A DNA stretch of 64,000 bases from Oopsacas minuta (taxonomy: Eukaryota > Animalia > Porifera), in contig JAKMXF010000303.1 in the NCBI GenBank assembly GCA_024704765.1, positions 189,266 through 253,265 of the forward strand, read 5' to 3'. The translations under genes were made by a program, and so were the position numbers. Positions 11,049-24,500 of the stretch are shown piece by piece. Within the stretch, counting starts at the first letter, position 1, and each line of letters starts with the position of its first letter. A model generated the notes under the pieces. That model saw only the letters and a program-made list of their open reading frames with translations, searched no databases and was not told the DNA's origin.

Positions 11049-13444
11049 ATGGCCACTACTTCTAAACACTTCGCTGGTACACCTGTGACATGTCACTCCT
11101 TCAATAAGGCTCGTACTGAGGTTGCTATCTCCCCTAACAACCATGAGGTAGAGATATACAGTCAGAAGGGATCTGACTGGGAATTGACTGCTACTCTGAA
11201 GCAACACGAGCAGAGAGTTACCAGCATAGACTGGGCACCTGTATCTAATATGATTGTGACGTGTGGTGTAGATCGAAACTCGTACGTTTGGACTAGAGAA
11301 GGTAATGAGTGGAAACCGGCACTAGTGATACTCAGACTTAATAGAGCTGCTACTTGTGTGAAGTGGTCTCCTAAAGAGAATAAGTTTGCTGTCGGAAGTG
11401 GTGCTAAGATTATTTGTGTGTGTTATTATGATGAAGATCATAAATGGTGAGTTGAGGGTGGAATTTATTAACAAATCTGGATGGCCAAAATACAATATAC
11501 CCGACTTCCCATACCCTAGTAAATCCAATATGCATTTTGATATGATATCCTGAAGGTGTGGTATATGCTGAAAATAGCCATATATGAGCATATTCATGAT
11601 TGCGTCACTGCTGTCACATTGTTAAGAGAAAAGATATCGAAATGTATTATAAGGGTATGGGAAGTCAGGTGTAAACACGCTATCCTGATTTGACAATAAC
11701 TTATAAGTAGATATTGACAACGCCTCATGAGTGAGTCATGGTCTGTGGTATAATTCAGAAAAATTATGACACATGTTTCGCAGAAATCCATCCACCCTAC
11801 AATATCGATCCAGGGGGATCGATTTCTGCAAAACATGCATGCACCTCAACAATTGAGCAATTTCGCTTACTAAGCAAAAAAATTGCCAAATTTTGACAAA
11901 ATTTTATGTAATACATGTATGCAATACATTCATGATTCATTCAGTCAAAACACTGCCTTAGAATAGAATTCTGAGTTACAGTAGCCGCATTTCTATTCCT
12001 GGGACTATGTATAATAAAAATGTCCACATTGGAGAATTGTACTTAGAATTCTTATGTGTCAATTCTATCACTAACTGGCCTATTATTATATAATTCGTTT
12101 GTACCTCACGTTAATTATTTTATCGACCCCTTAATGCAAAAACGCAAAATAGAAGCTCGGAAAAGGGAGTGACAACATTGAGTTTGTCCATGTCCACGTT
12201 AGTATACCACCTTTGAATACTTGCCTCCCTCACCAAGTAGTATAGGTAAAAAAACACCTGATCAGAATTTTCTATTACTTACCTTCAATACTATAGAAGA
12301 ATGTTTATTGAGTTAATTAATAGAACGAAATATATTATACGAATTGCATTTATTAACTGATTATTATTGTTCACATCGACTCTACTGCACAAATGATCTA
12401 GTATTCAAAATTGTATAAACCCTCAGCTACTACTTCAAGTTATTACAGTATGTACAGTGGAACTCGGATAAGAATAACCTTCGGAGACAAAAATTAATAC
12501 GCCTTATCTAATTATCTTGTATTTAGACAAAACAGTGGGAAATAGTGACCAGTGGGATAGTAACACGACATATCTTATTATAACTAACTGAATTCCAGTT
12601 AGTAATACTGTAGTTAGAAGTAGGGTTTCATTCTAAAACTTTCGTAAATACAACCTCCCAAAATTAATTCTCTCTCTTGTGTCATAATTCTGAGGTTCCC
12701 CAGTGGTCTACGACATACACCAATGACAGGTACAATTATTTATTAATATACTCTCCTTCATTCAGGTGGGCGAGTAAGCATATCAAAAAACCTCTCCGCT
12801 CTACAGTTCTTGGCATAGACTGGCATCCTAACAACTGTTTGTTAGCTGCAGCATGTGCTGATTTCAAATCTCGTATATTTTCTGCTTACATGAAAGAGAT
12901 AGAAGAAAAACCTGAAGGTTGTAGCTGGGGGAAGAAGATGCCCTGGGGTAACCTCATGGGCGAGTACTCCAACAATGCTTGGGCACATTCTACCTCATTC
13001 TCTCCTTCTGGTGATAAACTGGCCTGGGTATCTCATGACAGCACCGTATCTGTGTTTGATACAGTCGGTGATAAACTACACTGCATCAAGCTTCCAGAAC
13101 TCCCTTTCCTCAGCTGTTTGTTCTTTTCTGAGCAGAGCATTATTGTAGCTGGTCACGGCTGCTTCCCTGCCCTCTTAAACTTTTCAGATAAACTGGAATT
13201 CAAACAAAAACTGATGCCAAAATCTGAAGCTAAAACAGACTCAAAAGCTCAGGGAGCTCGTAAGATGTTTGAAGGTATGGATTCACGTGGTACTACCAGT
13301 CAGGTGAAAGCTCTGGACACTATTCATCAGAACTCTATTACTCAGATATCTCGTTATTCAGAGGCAGGATTTGCTACCACTGGAGTTGATGGAAAGCTTG
13401 TCATCTGGAATACTAAAGCTATGAGTGACGTCACATTCCTATGA
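11049..13444 (+). CDS. ARPC1: Arp2/3 complex 41-kDa WD40 subunit, 2 exons: 11049-11446, 12766-13444 (358 aa)
   Basis: Motifs AISPNNHEV, VTSIDWAP, IVTCGVDRNSYVW, ILRLNRAATCVKWSP, FAVGSGAK, WWASKHIKKPLRSTV, HQNSITQI. Phase-2 GT-AG intron; spliced length 1077 nt. Confidence 0.95.
11499..11670. repeat. Inverted-repeat pair in the ARPC1 intron (candidate MITE)
   Basis: ACCCGACTTCCCATACCCT (11499-11517) versus AGGGTATGGGAAGTCAGGT (11652-11670): 18/19 complementary. TSD not clean. Confidence 0.5.
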
Positions 13445-13786
13445 ATTTATCATCTGTGTGGAGTGTTAACTTGATGAGTATTGAATTATAGAAATGATAG
13501 TATATTGTGTGTATATCTAGATTGTTTGTTTACTCAGTTTATTTAGTAATTTATTAGTGTCTAATTGTGAAATATAACTAACACTTCCATACTTACCAAC
13601 CCCGTTTGCTAATATATCAGGATTTAATTCCTAAATCCCTGTGGGTATTCACATTTCCAGGATTTTACGTTATTCCCCTATTCCACTCAAAATATCCATC
13701 CCGGGAGGGTTGGGAAGTGTGCACTTCGAACATCAAATAAGTTAGTTAATTATTGATTAATCTCCTTGTATATGTAAATACGTATA

Positions 13787-13956
13787 CACTGGAGTCTCCC
13801 AAAACGGACACCCTGAGAAGCGGACAATCCCTCTACAACGGACTAACCTCTTGGAACGGAATGAATTAGCAATCAATGTATGTAATACTTTAGCAGCCTC
13901 CGAGAAGCTGACAGAAGCGATGTCCCAAACATGTCCGTTATTCGGAGACTCTACTG
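13787..13956. mobile_element. pogo/Tigger-type MITE (170 bp)
   Basis: TA|CACTGGAGTCTCCCAAAACGGACA ... TGTCCGTTATTCGGAGACTCTACTG|TA; degenerate TIRs with TA flanks. Confidence 0.7.
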
Positions 13957-14133
13957 TATATGTATATGCGCGTATCAAGGTTGCAATCGATATTCGGTTG
14001 AACCAGATATTCGCCAAATAGTTTAATAATTGGCCGGCTCCCAAATATCAGTATTCGGTATTTCAAGGTCATTAGTTATTATTCCTGTGTCAAGATTTCT
14101 TCTAATTATGTTTAGAAACCGGTTGAACTAGAG

Positions 14134-14715
14134 ATGAGATTCATTCTATTTTTACTATTATTTGTATATTACTCAACAATGTTTTGTGACAAAATTGGGC
14201 CAACATCGAGATTCATTAACTCGTTAAAAGGAGAACCGGCTGATCAATTAAGATACTCTAAACTTAAATCAGACTTGAGTCATATAACATTTGAATATTT
14301 TGAAGAAAAGATATTTACAAGCGCTGAACTTTATGCAAACTTAACAGAATGGATATTAGCTGTTAATGAATTGTCTGATGCTTTCCTTATCGACACTAAG
14401 TGGATGGAGGAATTCAAGACTGTTTACCAGCAATTACACACAATGAAATGTAACAAATCAGATTGTAGCTTTCATATGATTGACATGGCCATTGAGGGGA
14501 GTGGACTACTTCACTCTTTTGGATTATTTGGTGTCAAACTAGGATTCAACTGCCAAATAAGTGACAGTCTGTTCAGAAGTGATTTTGACGTGTCTTTGTT
14601 AGAAAATGAAGATTCTGAATTTGGCCTGCTTGATGTGGACAAAATAAAAGATTATATGTTGATAAAATCTCATTTGCTGCTGAAACCGGCAATAACTAAA
14701 TTCCTAACCTTCTGA
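14134..14715 (+). CDS. Hypothetical protein (193 aa), no recognised family
   Basis: Uninterrupted ORF with globular-protein composition and a hydrophobic N-terminus (MRFILFLLLFVYYS). The start could instead be the downstream Met (MFCDK). Confidence 0.5.
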   Translation: MRFILFLLLFVYYSTMFCDKIGPTSRFINSLKGEPADQLRYSKLKSDLSHITFEYFEEKIFTSAELYANLTEWILAVNELSDAFLIDTKWMEEFKTVYQQLHTMKCNKSDCSFHMIDMAIEGSGLLHSFGLFGVKLGFNCQISDSLFRSDFDVSLLENEDSEFGLLDVDKIKDYMLIKSHLLLKPAITKFLTF

Positions 14716-14757
14716 AGAATATTTTTATCGTTGCTATTCAATGAATTGATTGATATA

Positions 14758-14939
14758 CAGTCGACTCCGGTTAATCGGACCACTGTCCAGAGTAAAGTGG
14801 TCCGATTATCCGGAGTGTCCGATTAACCGAAAAATGTTAAATATTAATCCTGGATTAGATTAGATTCCGTCCAGGAGAAAATGGTCCGATTAACCGAATT
14901 GTCCGATTAACCAGTGGTCCGATTAACCGGAGTCGACTG
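14758..14939. mobile_element. pogo/Tigger-type MITE (182 bp) with perfect 28-bp TIRs
   Basis: TA|CAGTCGACTCCGGTTAATCGGACCACTG ... CAGTGGTCCGATTAACCGGAGTCGACTG|TA; internal GTCCGATTA(A/T)CC motif repeated five times in direct orientation. Confidence 0.92.
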
Positions 14940-15056
14940 TATTATAAATTTTTGAGCTATAAATGTTATTATGCATCAGTTAAGAACTTTTAAAATGAGT
15001 TCTTTGCGAAAAATATTGTAAAATCTAATAATTTTGAAATTATTGAATATAGCTTG

Positions 15057-17576
15057 ATGAGTACTGTTGGTGATGAGATCAAGCTGGACAGGGAGATGGA
15101 ACTCCCCCAGCTAAGAGATCGGGTATATCTAGACAATGCAGGAGCTGGTTTACCACTGAAATCTCACCTGACTAACTACACTGATGATCTTATGTCACGC
15201 ATGTATAGTAATCCTCATAGTCAGCATACAGTCAGTCATCTTACTCGTAAAGTAATGAATAATGTGAGAGATGAGATTGCTCAGTTTCTTAACACAGATC
15301 TAACTCAGTACTCTGTCATATTCACTTCAGGGACTACTGGTAGCTGTAAACAGCTGGTGGATACGTTTAACTGGGGGAGAGGCGAGGGAGAGCAAGGAGG
15401 TAGTCACGTGTATTTGAATTCAGAACTCTTTGAGTACCAAAAGACTAGCAAAAAGATACAGGATGCTATTCTTAAGAAGCAGAGCTGCTTTTTATATCTA
15501 GAGTCTAACCACACTTCTGTAGTGGGAATGAGAGAGATTGCACAAGACAGAGGAGTACTGTCTGTCTGTGTCAGAGAAGAGGACATGTTTGGGAGTGTAC
15601 CATCTTATGATGTCACTAACCCTATGATACAAAGTGATAATGTCTCCAATGAATCTGACAATATTCTACAAATATTCACTCATCCCAACTCAGGTGAAAC
15701 AGCAAATGAAACGTTTCAACGTCTGTCTAGTGAACGTATAGCTAGACATCAACATTTGCAGACACAAGGCTTCCATCTCCTGGCGTATCCTGCCACCTGT
15801 AATTTCTCAGGCAGAAGATATCCCATAGGAACAATAGAACAGCTGACTAGATCTGGATACAAATTGTGTGACGTCACATTTGCTCCTGAATCAGTGAAGG
15901 TATTTATTGATGCAGCTGCTGCACTCAGCACTAGCGAGATAGATCTGAGTAGAGACACTCCTCATTTCTTAGCTTTTTCATTCTATAAATTATTTGGTTT
16001 TCCGACTGGGATTGGCGCCTTGCTTGTCAGAAATGACAGTTGTTATCTTCTGAATAAGAAGTATTTTGGTGGTGGAACAGTATGGAGTTATGTTAGCAGA
16101 TATAACTTCCATTTGTGCAAAGAGACCCAGAAATTCTTTGAAGATGGTACAATATCTTATCAGAGTATATTAGCACTGCATCATGGATTCAAGACTTTGA
16201 AATCGCTAGGACTATACATGTGTGGAATATCTTCACATACTTTCTCTCTTACTGAGTACACCTACTCTAAATTGTCATCTCTGCGACATTTCAACAACTC
16301 ACCTATATGTGAGATATATACCAGCTCTACAGAGCTACATCCTGCTACACAGGGACCTATACTCACCTTCAATGTGTTACGTTCTGATGGTAGCTATGTT
16401 GGATACTCTACACTGAATGCATTAGCTAATGCTTCTATGATCAGCATCAGAGTAGGATGTTTCTGTAATGTAGGTGCTTGTCAGAAATATCTTAAACTTA
16501 GTGATGACCAAATGCTGCTATTCCTAAAAGCTGGTCACAGATGTGGGGACGAGATAGATCTGGTGGAAGGTCTACCTACTGGTGCTGTGCGTGTATCATT
16601 TGGATACTACAACACCAAAGCAGATGCTGACAGGCTTATTGATATGTTGGAGAGGAATTTTGTAGAAACGCAAGCTAGTAAACCTGCTGCAGAGAGTACT
16701 GAATTTGTTACAAATAAAGAGTCTATCTATGTCAAGGAAATAGCTTTGTTCCCAATCAAGTCATGTGGCAGTATGAAAGTTAAGGAATGGCCTGTATGTG
16801 AGAAAGGATTTCTCTATGACAGAGTATGGGCAATAAGAGATAGTAAAAACGTTATTATAAGACAGACCATGGATAAGAATTTATACAATATACGTCCTTT
16901 TATTGACTTAGAATCTGGGATAATGCAGATTAGCTATCCCGGTATGAAACAAATATGTTTCAAAATAAATGATAATAAAGAACACACCAATTTATATAAG
17001 ATAAGAGTGTATGGTGTCAGGCTACAGGCAGTCTCCCCTCATGCGGAAGTGAATGAATGGCTCTCTCAAGCACTGGGGTATAAGGTAGAATTAGCTCAGA
17101 TGCTATCATCACGATACGCTACAGATAAGCCTAAACACGTGGAAGTAGATAAGATTCCATTACAGATGCAGAGCAAAGCTCATGTGTTATTGATATCACA
17201 ACAATCAGCTGATAATGTGCTTGAAAGAACTCAAAGGTTCACTAGTACGTATAAGGAGAGTGTAGTTGAATTTATTGATCGGATGAGAGGTAACTTGTTG
17301 GTGGAGGGGAAAGATTTGGAGCCATTCGTTGAGCACACTTGGAGGCGAATTTCTGTTAAGGATGTTGCTATGGATCTTGTATGTGATTGTATGCGATGTG
17401 AAGTGATTAGCATACATGCTGATAATCTCAGTATTAATGATGGACCTATGAGATTGATAAACAAAGAGAAGAATGGTTTATTTGGGATACAGATGTCTTT
17501 TGATATTCAGCCAGGTAAGCAACTGCCTACCATAGCTGTTGGAGACAAACTCATAGTGCTTACAACTACAACATAA
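15057..17576 (+). CDS. MOCOS: Molybdenum cofactor sulfurase (PLP NifS-like domain plus MOSC domain), intronless, 839 aa
   Basis: YLDNAG, FTSGTTG, SFYKLFGFPTGIGAL (PLP lysine), FGGGT, IRVGCFCNVGAC (persulfide Cys), GAVRVSFGY; MOSC motifs LFPIKSC, DRVWAI, RMRGNLLV, CMRC. Confidence 0.95.
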   Translation: MSTVGDEIKLDREMELPQLRDRVYLDNAGAGLPLKSHLTNYTDDLMSRMYSNPHSQHTVSHLTRKVMNNVRDEIAQFLNTDLTQYSVIFTSGTTGSCKQLVDTFNWGRGEGEQGGSHVYLNSELFEYQKTSKKIQDAILKKQSCFLYLESNHTSVVGMREIAQDRGVLSVCVREEDMFGSVPSYDVTNPMIQSDNVSNESDNILQIFTHPNSGETANETFQRLSSERIARHQHLQTQGFHLLAYPATCNFSGRRYPIGTIEQLTRSGYKLCDVTFAPESVKVFIDAAAALSTSEIDLSRDTPHFLAFSFYKLFGFPTGIGALLVRNDSCYLLNKKYFGGGTVWSYVSRYNFHLCKETQKFFEDGTISYQSILALHHGFKTLKSLGLYMCGISSHTFSLTEYTYSKLSSLRHFNNSPICEIYTSSTELHPATQGPILTFNVLRSDGSYVGYSTLNALANASMISIRVGCFCNVGACQKYLKLSDDQMLLFLKAGHRCGDEIDLVEGLPTGAVRVSFGYYNTKADADRLIDMLERNFVETQASKPAAESTEFVTNKESIYVKEIALFPIKSCGSMKVKEWPVCEKGFLYDRVWAIRDSKNVIIRQTMDKNLYNIRPFIDLESGIMQISYPGMKQICFKINDNKEHTNLYKIRVYGVRLQAVSPHAEVNEWLSQALGYKVELAQMLSSRYATDKPKHVEVDKIPLQMQSKAHVLLISQQSADNVLERTQRFTSTYKESVVEFIDRMRGNLLVEGKDLEPFVEHTWRRISVKDVAMDLVCDCMRCEVISIHADNLSINDGPMRLINKEKNGLFGIQMSFDIQPGKQLPTIAVGDKLIVLTTTT

Positions 17577-18560
17577 ACCCTGTCACTCGTTTAGTATTCA
17601 TTTTAGGATTGTAGTTGAGTTTCTCTTTTTATGCAAAACAATCTATCCCAAAATTTTTACTATGTAATTCTGATTTACTTACATATTAGTACATATTAGT
17701 ATTATGGCAAAATTGTAAACGTTTGTAAAAATCAAACCGTGAGATCTGTTTAAGATCAGTTGAATTTAGCCAGTTTTGGAATGACTTAATAGGTTATCTA
17801 CCCACCATAATGACGCAAAGTGTCAGTTCGTTATAATTTATGAATCATTGTAATGAAGGTAAAAATGAGAGTGAGATTGATTGTGTTCAAATACCTGAGC
17901 CTGAATTTGGATCGGTGAGACTTGACAACTTTTGCCATGGTTGACTAAATACATTGTCTCTAGTAGGCCATGTGTACACAGTATTCCTCATTTGATTAAT
18001 CATATTTTGACAACTTTCGGCCTATAATTATTTCTAAATGATACTAGAGACAAGTCAAGGAATTATGATCTGTCACGCAGAATTTATTCTGATCTATAAT
18101 ATGTATATATATTATTATTCTTATCATATTTTCACACCTTTTTGCATTTTTATAACTGAAAAGTAACACCGAACATAGCAATTGTAAACAGCCCCTAATT
18201 TGTACCATAAAACGTCCAAAAATGTCTGACATAGCTTTGGTCTGACGTTAGTCATACGCCCCCCAAGACCATTCTCCATGACCTAGTTACGACCCCATTT
18301 AGCTAATTTAAAATATTTTCTATGAGCCTTCTGGCCTGCCTCACTCAATTTTAGAAATTTCACCGCTCTCTGTCCAAGACTACTCAAGTGGTCTTAAGAA
18401 GACATACAATATACTACCCATTGAGAAATTAACAATGGTATGACTCTATTCCTCCACATGTCTCCATTCCATACGATATATTTATGTATGCAAATACTCA
18501 TGCATTTGTTGCGCTATTAACTATAGAAAATATGATGTACTTACCCAGCTTGTAACTGTA

Positions 18561-21500
18561 ATGGCAGAGATGGAGAATTCACAAGAGTTTGGGCTGGAGG
18601 CTGTTACTACACTGAACAACCTCGTACTCACTAAATTACGTCAGTTCTCATTTCCTGAAACTTCTAAGGTAACTCGAGTTTGTGTCAGTCCAGATTCTAA
18701 GATCTTGGCAGTAACAGTTTGTTCTGAAGAATATCAAGAATTAATCCTTTTATATCACCCCATTCCTGACCCCTCTACATGCACCACGCCCTCGTTTGAC
18801 TCTCCAACTTATTTGGAAAGTCTTACTGTTTGTAAAGTTGTAACACATCTCTGGTTGACACCTAATGATCCTAACAGCTGGTGTCGGGACAGGAATATCC
18901 TCGTGGTGCTAACTGCAGCAGAATCTGACGCATCTATTTTATGGATTGAGGTTTCTGCTGGAACTGAGCAGGGAGTAACGCTACTCACTCTCTTTTCACT
19001 CTCTTTACCAGACCTGAGAACTATGATAAGTGAAGATAAGAGATCTGCACCTACGCTATCTACACACCCCATACTAGTAGATCAGCTATCTATCCGACTG
19101 CTTGACTGCAAACATGATGAAGTTCTACTAGTAGCAGATCCTTGTTTCTTCTTGTTGCTATCTATTTCTTCAGATATTCAGACAGACACAGAATCATTTC
19201 CTTCTTCTCTTACGTCTCCTATCCTATCTACACTACTACCCCTACAACCACTGACAGACATAAAACAGTCATTTATATCACTAGACACTAACGTACACCC
19301 TCATGCATTGGGGACTCTCAGTAGTGTGAATATCCGTGGTCCAATCATGTTGTTACTGTACAGTAACGGATATATCCTACTACACAGAATACCATCTGGA
19401 GATATTATAGGTACAATCACTATATCAGAGTATCTACAGTGTTGTATCAGCGAGGATACAGGTCCTGGTGAGTCTGAGAGTTTATCCCCTCCATACACTT
19501 GTATCAGTACACACCCACATATAGAGTATATAGCAGTTGCTAACAAAGATAACTACGTCATCGTTATATATCTGAGACGTTATCTGATGCTGTTTCCTTC
19601 TCATTTGAACCTAAATGTAGTCGTACAGACATCTAATGTCTCTATAGCAGGACAAGACACACCAACTAGTGTACCTACTCAACAGGAAGATGAGTTATTG
19701 AAGATATCACAGACTAGATCAAATAGATTCTCATCAGACTCTCCTCTATGGAGCAGGAGACTCAAACGTCTGAGGAAGTACAGCATCCTACCTTCTTCCT
19801 CTGATAGTAACACAGTAGATTCCAAACATTCTCCGTCCTGTTCCTCACCACACCCTAAAGATTCTAATCATCGTCTAGAAGCACAATCATCTGACAATCC
19901 GTTCTCTTCCAACTTCACTCACGAGATCCCCTCCCCCTCTTGTGACGGATGTACCTGGTTCTCCTCTCCCCCCTCAGCAGAGCAGCAGAGAGTCCTGGCT
20001 ATTTCCTGTGAATCTGACTTGATAACATTGCACTACACTAATGATGATGTCAGAATATCTTACATTTGTGTATTCAACCTTGAGACAGGAGAGAGACGCT
20101 TTTCTGAACTCTCACAGCTATCTCTCCCTATCTATACATACAGTCATGCATCCGATAAGCTGTTACTCCTGTTACAGGATGGATGGGGTGTATGTCCAGT
20201 CGTGGGTCTATCTAGACAATCTCTACTGGCGGGGATACTAGCTCATTGTGATGCATCAGCTGCTGAACTGCTCTGTCAACATAACGGGTGGCAACAGAGC
20301 CTCTTACCTGTATCTGTACTGAGAGAGTCATTAGCTCACAGACAGTTAGACTCAGTCTGTTTCTATTTGAGGATGAGGAGAACTCGTGAGGGAGAGCTGG
20401 AGCTGGTAGGAGGGACCGGAGGAGAGGAGAGGAACGGTCTCCCTATGTCATTTGATTCCATAAAACAATCTATTGATACTTTGTATGGAACTCTACGTGG
20501 ATCAACAAAAGACTCGTATGAAGCTCAGTTCAGTAGTCAGGTGCTACACTTGTCTCATAAGTTCGTGCTATTCCTATTGATAAGGTTCTCCAATAATTTA
20601 AAAGATGAACAGTTGGATATCAATGCAGACTATATTGCTTCTGAACTAGCTAAGTTCAGACAATTCATGAGAGTTGATAATGTTACTCCAGGAAATTGTG
20701 AGAAGTTTGAATTTGTATCAGATGGGAATTCTGAAGTCACAGAAGGAACAGGTCCTCCCACACCTGTTGAATGGAGACACATGCGTAAGAGTGATATTAT
20801 TCGCGATGCATTAGACAGACAATGTCTCCCTCTAGTTCAGAGCTATCTACACTCTAGACTGGAAGAGCAGGTGCAGAGCCAAGGGGGAGCAGACAAGGCA
20901 ACTAGTCCCCTAGACCTCAGATACAGATCTGCAGAGATCAGCTGGTACGGTATTAGACAACTGGTATTACATTTAGCTTATCAGTGCATGGGCAGAGAGG
21001 ATCTATCAACTTGCAAACAGCGTCTAGCTGTAGTTGGTCGCTCAGTCCCTGATATGCTCCGGTATATAGCTACACACACCAGCAATAGATTTATTAGAGG
21101 TTCTCTCTATAATGAGCTCAAATCTAGCGGAACACTTGGAGCAGCGGAATTGGATCTATTCGAGTTCCTTCAGGTACTAGAGCATACATACCCTTCTTCT
21201 AGTTACAAACAAACTCTATCTTATATCAAGAAGAGTTCTTCTAAGCTCCCTGCATTCCCTGAGTACCCTACATTCCGTGACATGCCTCCTAGCTCTAGTC
21301 TAACGGACCTGAAACGTACAGGGGAGCTTGATGAGTTATGTCCCGAATATTTTGGTGCTAATAAACCTATTCTCTCCTCTCAATCAGCTGGTAAGAGAGA
21401 TTCCTATTACTTCTCTGGCTCATACATGTGGGTAATAGCAGAGAGTGCTAGGGACCGTGACCTGTTGCTTATGGAAGGGTTCTTACTCAAGAATGAACAT

Positions 21501-24500
21501 CATACTCAACAATGTTCTCACCTCCTATCTTCCCATACTCTACTACTGTTGTACACTAGCTCACAAATGGGTATGAGAGCTGCTAAACAGGTGTCATCAC
21601 TTGTCAAAGATTCTCAATTGTTAGCAGATCTATCTGATTCAGTGGATATCTTGCTGGGAGAGGCTACACGAGCTACTCGCTCTACTCAACGCCTTTTGAG
21701 CACAGCACTCACTAGTTCAGGAGTAGCTCCCTCTCCTCCTACTGACACACCTCTGCTTACAGCTCGTGTATTCCAAGAATCCTCAGAAGCCCACATACTC
21801 CTCTCTCAGTCTCCCTCTCTCAAGCAAGCAGAAGAGAGTATGGACGGATTTATGTTGGAACTGTCTAATTTCGCAGCAGCTGAGGGTTGTGCTAGCTTCC
21901 TATGTCTCAGTATAGAAGATCTTAACTCCAGCTACCCTGTACATGTATCCCGATTTATGTCACGTGTAAATCAGGAAAATGAGGAGAAGTTTCCTGTTTG
22001 GATTAAAATGCTAGCGCTATCGAAGCAACTTGGCTCCGCTAACAGGACTCATACAGAATTCAATAGATTTCTATTCCAATACAGTATAGCTAATGCTAGG
22101 TATGTAGTAATTAACACTACGGATATTCATGTGATTGTTTATAACTTAAATTTCTAGATATGTGTTAGAACAACCGGATCTGAAATTACCAGACACATTC
22201 CATCTGTCCAAACCATTAATTCCTCTTGCTACACTCATTTACGCGCCTGTTCCTCTGGAGGATACAATAGGTGGATCAGCTGACTACTCAATTCCTAGAG
22301 AGATATTATTCCATGCTATACAGCCTTACCCTAAATTACTGAGTGCTCTATTCCCTTCTTCAGAGGCCTACTCAGCTCCTCTCAAAGAAGTAACAGTGTA
22401 TGAACTACTACACGGGAGTGTTCCGTTCAATCTCCAACAGCTGTTCGCTTGGCAGGTACTGATAAGCATAATTAATAAATTAATAATAATTTTATATTAT
22501 CTACCTCTATCCATTAGTCTACTAATCAGCTGGGAGAGAAAAGTGAAATGGAACATTCTAGAAAGAGCTCCTCTAGACTGTATAGAGAGTTCCCTCACTT
22601 CTCCAGTGAAGAGTTCTCTCAGACTTATGGCTGCTCTCAGAAGCTGGACTACATTCATTATCTCAATAAAGGCAATCCAGCATTTGCTTACGCTAACCTT
22701 CTTGCTTCTGATCCTAAAATAGAATCTAAGTACTGCTCTAAGAGAATGAAATCTGTATGTCAGAGAGTTTACAGACTGGGATTAAGTCAGCATAACATCC
22801 CTAAGGTAACCAGCTCATGTGCTGCTCTTATGGAGATGTTAGGTTGGGATTCTGCTCCCTTCCGTACTGATATAGTACTACTCAACCTATTGCTGCAGTA
22901 TGAGGGACATGCAGGTACTTAATCTGAATAATACTATTATTCATTTTATAGGCATTACTTACTATCCTGTAGTTAATGCACAAAGTACAGTCAGTCGCGT
23001 AATCCAGATTGTATCTGTGTAGATATATGACTGAGGTCATAATAGACCACAAGGTCAACCGAGAAACTGGGATATGCTAGGTTGCCTCCTGGTTAATCAA
23101 TGAGAGGTATGTAGTATCATTATAGGATATTACAATACAAACTTAACCCTAAGGTAGTTTAATTAAATACCATAATTAATTGAACAAATCTAGGACATTT
23201 TTCCTGTTCTTTAAGTATGCTGAATAGCCTACAGTATTTCCTTATAAATTTATTCTTGTGCCTCTCTCAGGTCAGATAAAGCAGCATGCCCTAGCACTAC
23301 AAGACTGTCTCTCTCACTCTTCTCCCTCAAAAGAAGGCTTCCTTGCTCTCTCCCGATATGCAGAGGATCTGTTCAGAGGATTTATGACGTCAGGAGAACT
23401 CCTACTTGATAATTTTGTTGCTGCTGAAGTATGGGCAGTATTGGAGAACTTCTGTCAGTACCATGATCTGCCTCCCACAAGAAGCTATCTAGAAAGGTGT
23501 GCCTCCTCCAACCTCTGGCCTCAGCTGCTCTCCTACGCACAGATGTGGAGCTCTCCTCCTAAACTGTTGCTTGAGATTATCAGAGAATATTTCCATGACT
23601 GTGATATCAAAGATCATTTAGAAACAGCTGTACTAGTCATGATGGAACAGAAAACATCATTCTCTGAGCAAGCAAAGAGAAAAATATCTAAACCTAGTTC
23701 TAAAATATTCCCTACTAGTAATGAGGGTAGAGCTCGTAAGAGATCTTCCTCTAAGGATCCACACACCTTCCCAACAGCCAGTATAGACAGTACTCCTGTA
23801 GAAGTATTTGAGTTATTACCTATTGATAGGAGCTCTCGTTTCAATAGAAGTGATAATCTATTTGAGCTAGTCTGCGCCTCACAGACTTCTCCATACTCTA
23901 CTGCTCGCACTCTCCTCGCGTTTGGAGTTTCTCTTAGAAGAGACATATTACCCTTACTAGCTACTTGTTTTATAACGCAGCGTGAGGGGGATGAAGAGGC
24001 TAGACACACTCCTCCTCCTCCTGAGGGTACACGAGAGGATATTGCTACCATTCTTGATTGTCTGTGTGTTTGGATATTCTGTAAACTATCCTCTTCCCCC
24101 CAGCTACATAAGGCTATCCTCTCACTGGATATAATACATAAAAGAGAAGATCTATCTCCTACACCTCTATATCAGTCTAATCACCTACAGTGGCATCAAT
24201 GGGAACTGAAGGATTTGGAACTAGTCTGTGTGTGTCTCTCCTCTAACATACCAGCTTACGGGATCATTCTAAAGCAGGCTTTCAGGTTCTTTGACTATGA
24301 GAACCCTTACGTACACTTTTTGCGGTTTGTAGAGACATACGCTCTTCACTCATTCGATCAGAGTCAGAAACAGCTGGAAAGTTTCCTAACCTGTCTTAAG
24401 AAGTTATGTTCAGGAGAGCAGCAGTACCCCAAGAATAGTATAGGGTCTCCTAAATGGGTGAGTGATCTCTCCTCTCTCTGTCTACTGCAGATGTTAGCAC

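Noticed and set aside
11322-11840. Minus-strand frame of about 170 codons (ATG 11840) with only two stops, in the ARPC1 intron
   Set aside because: No recognisable domain; overlaps an inverted-repeat element and runs antisense into ARPC1 exon 1; low stop density can be chance.
12455-12600. Possible additional pogo-type MITE in the ARPC1 intron
   Set aside because: Left end TACAGTGGAACTCGG is typical but the right end matches only about 10/15; too degenerate to call.
22952-23106. Possible extra SPG11 exon (AG at 22951, GTATGT at 23107)
   Set aside because: 155 nt, with stops in all three frames; flanking exons already join in frame without it.
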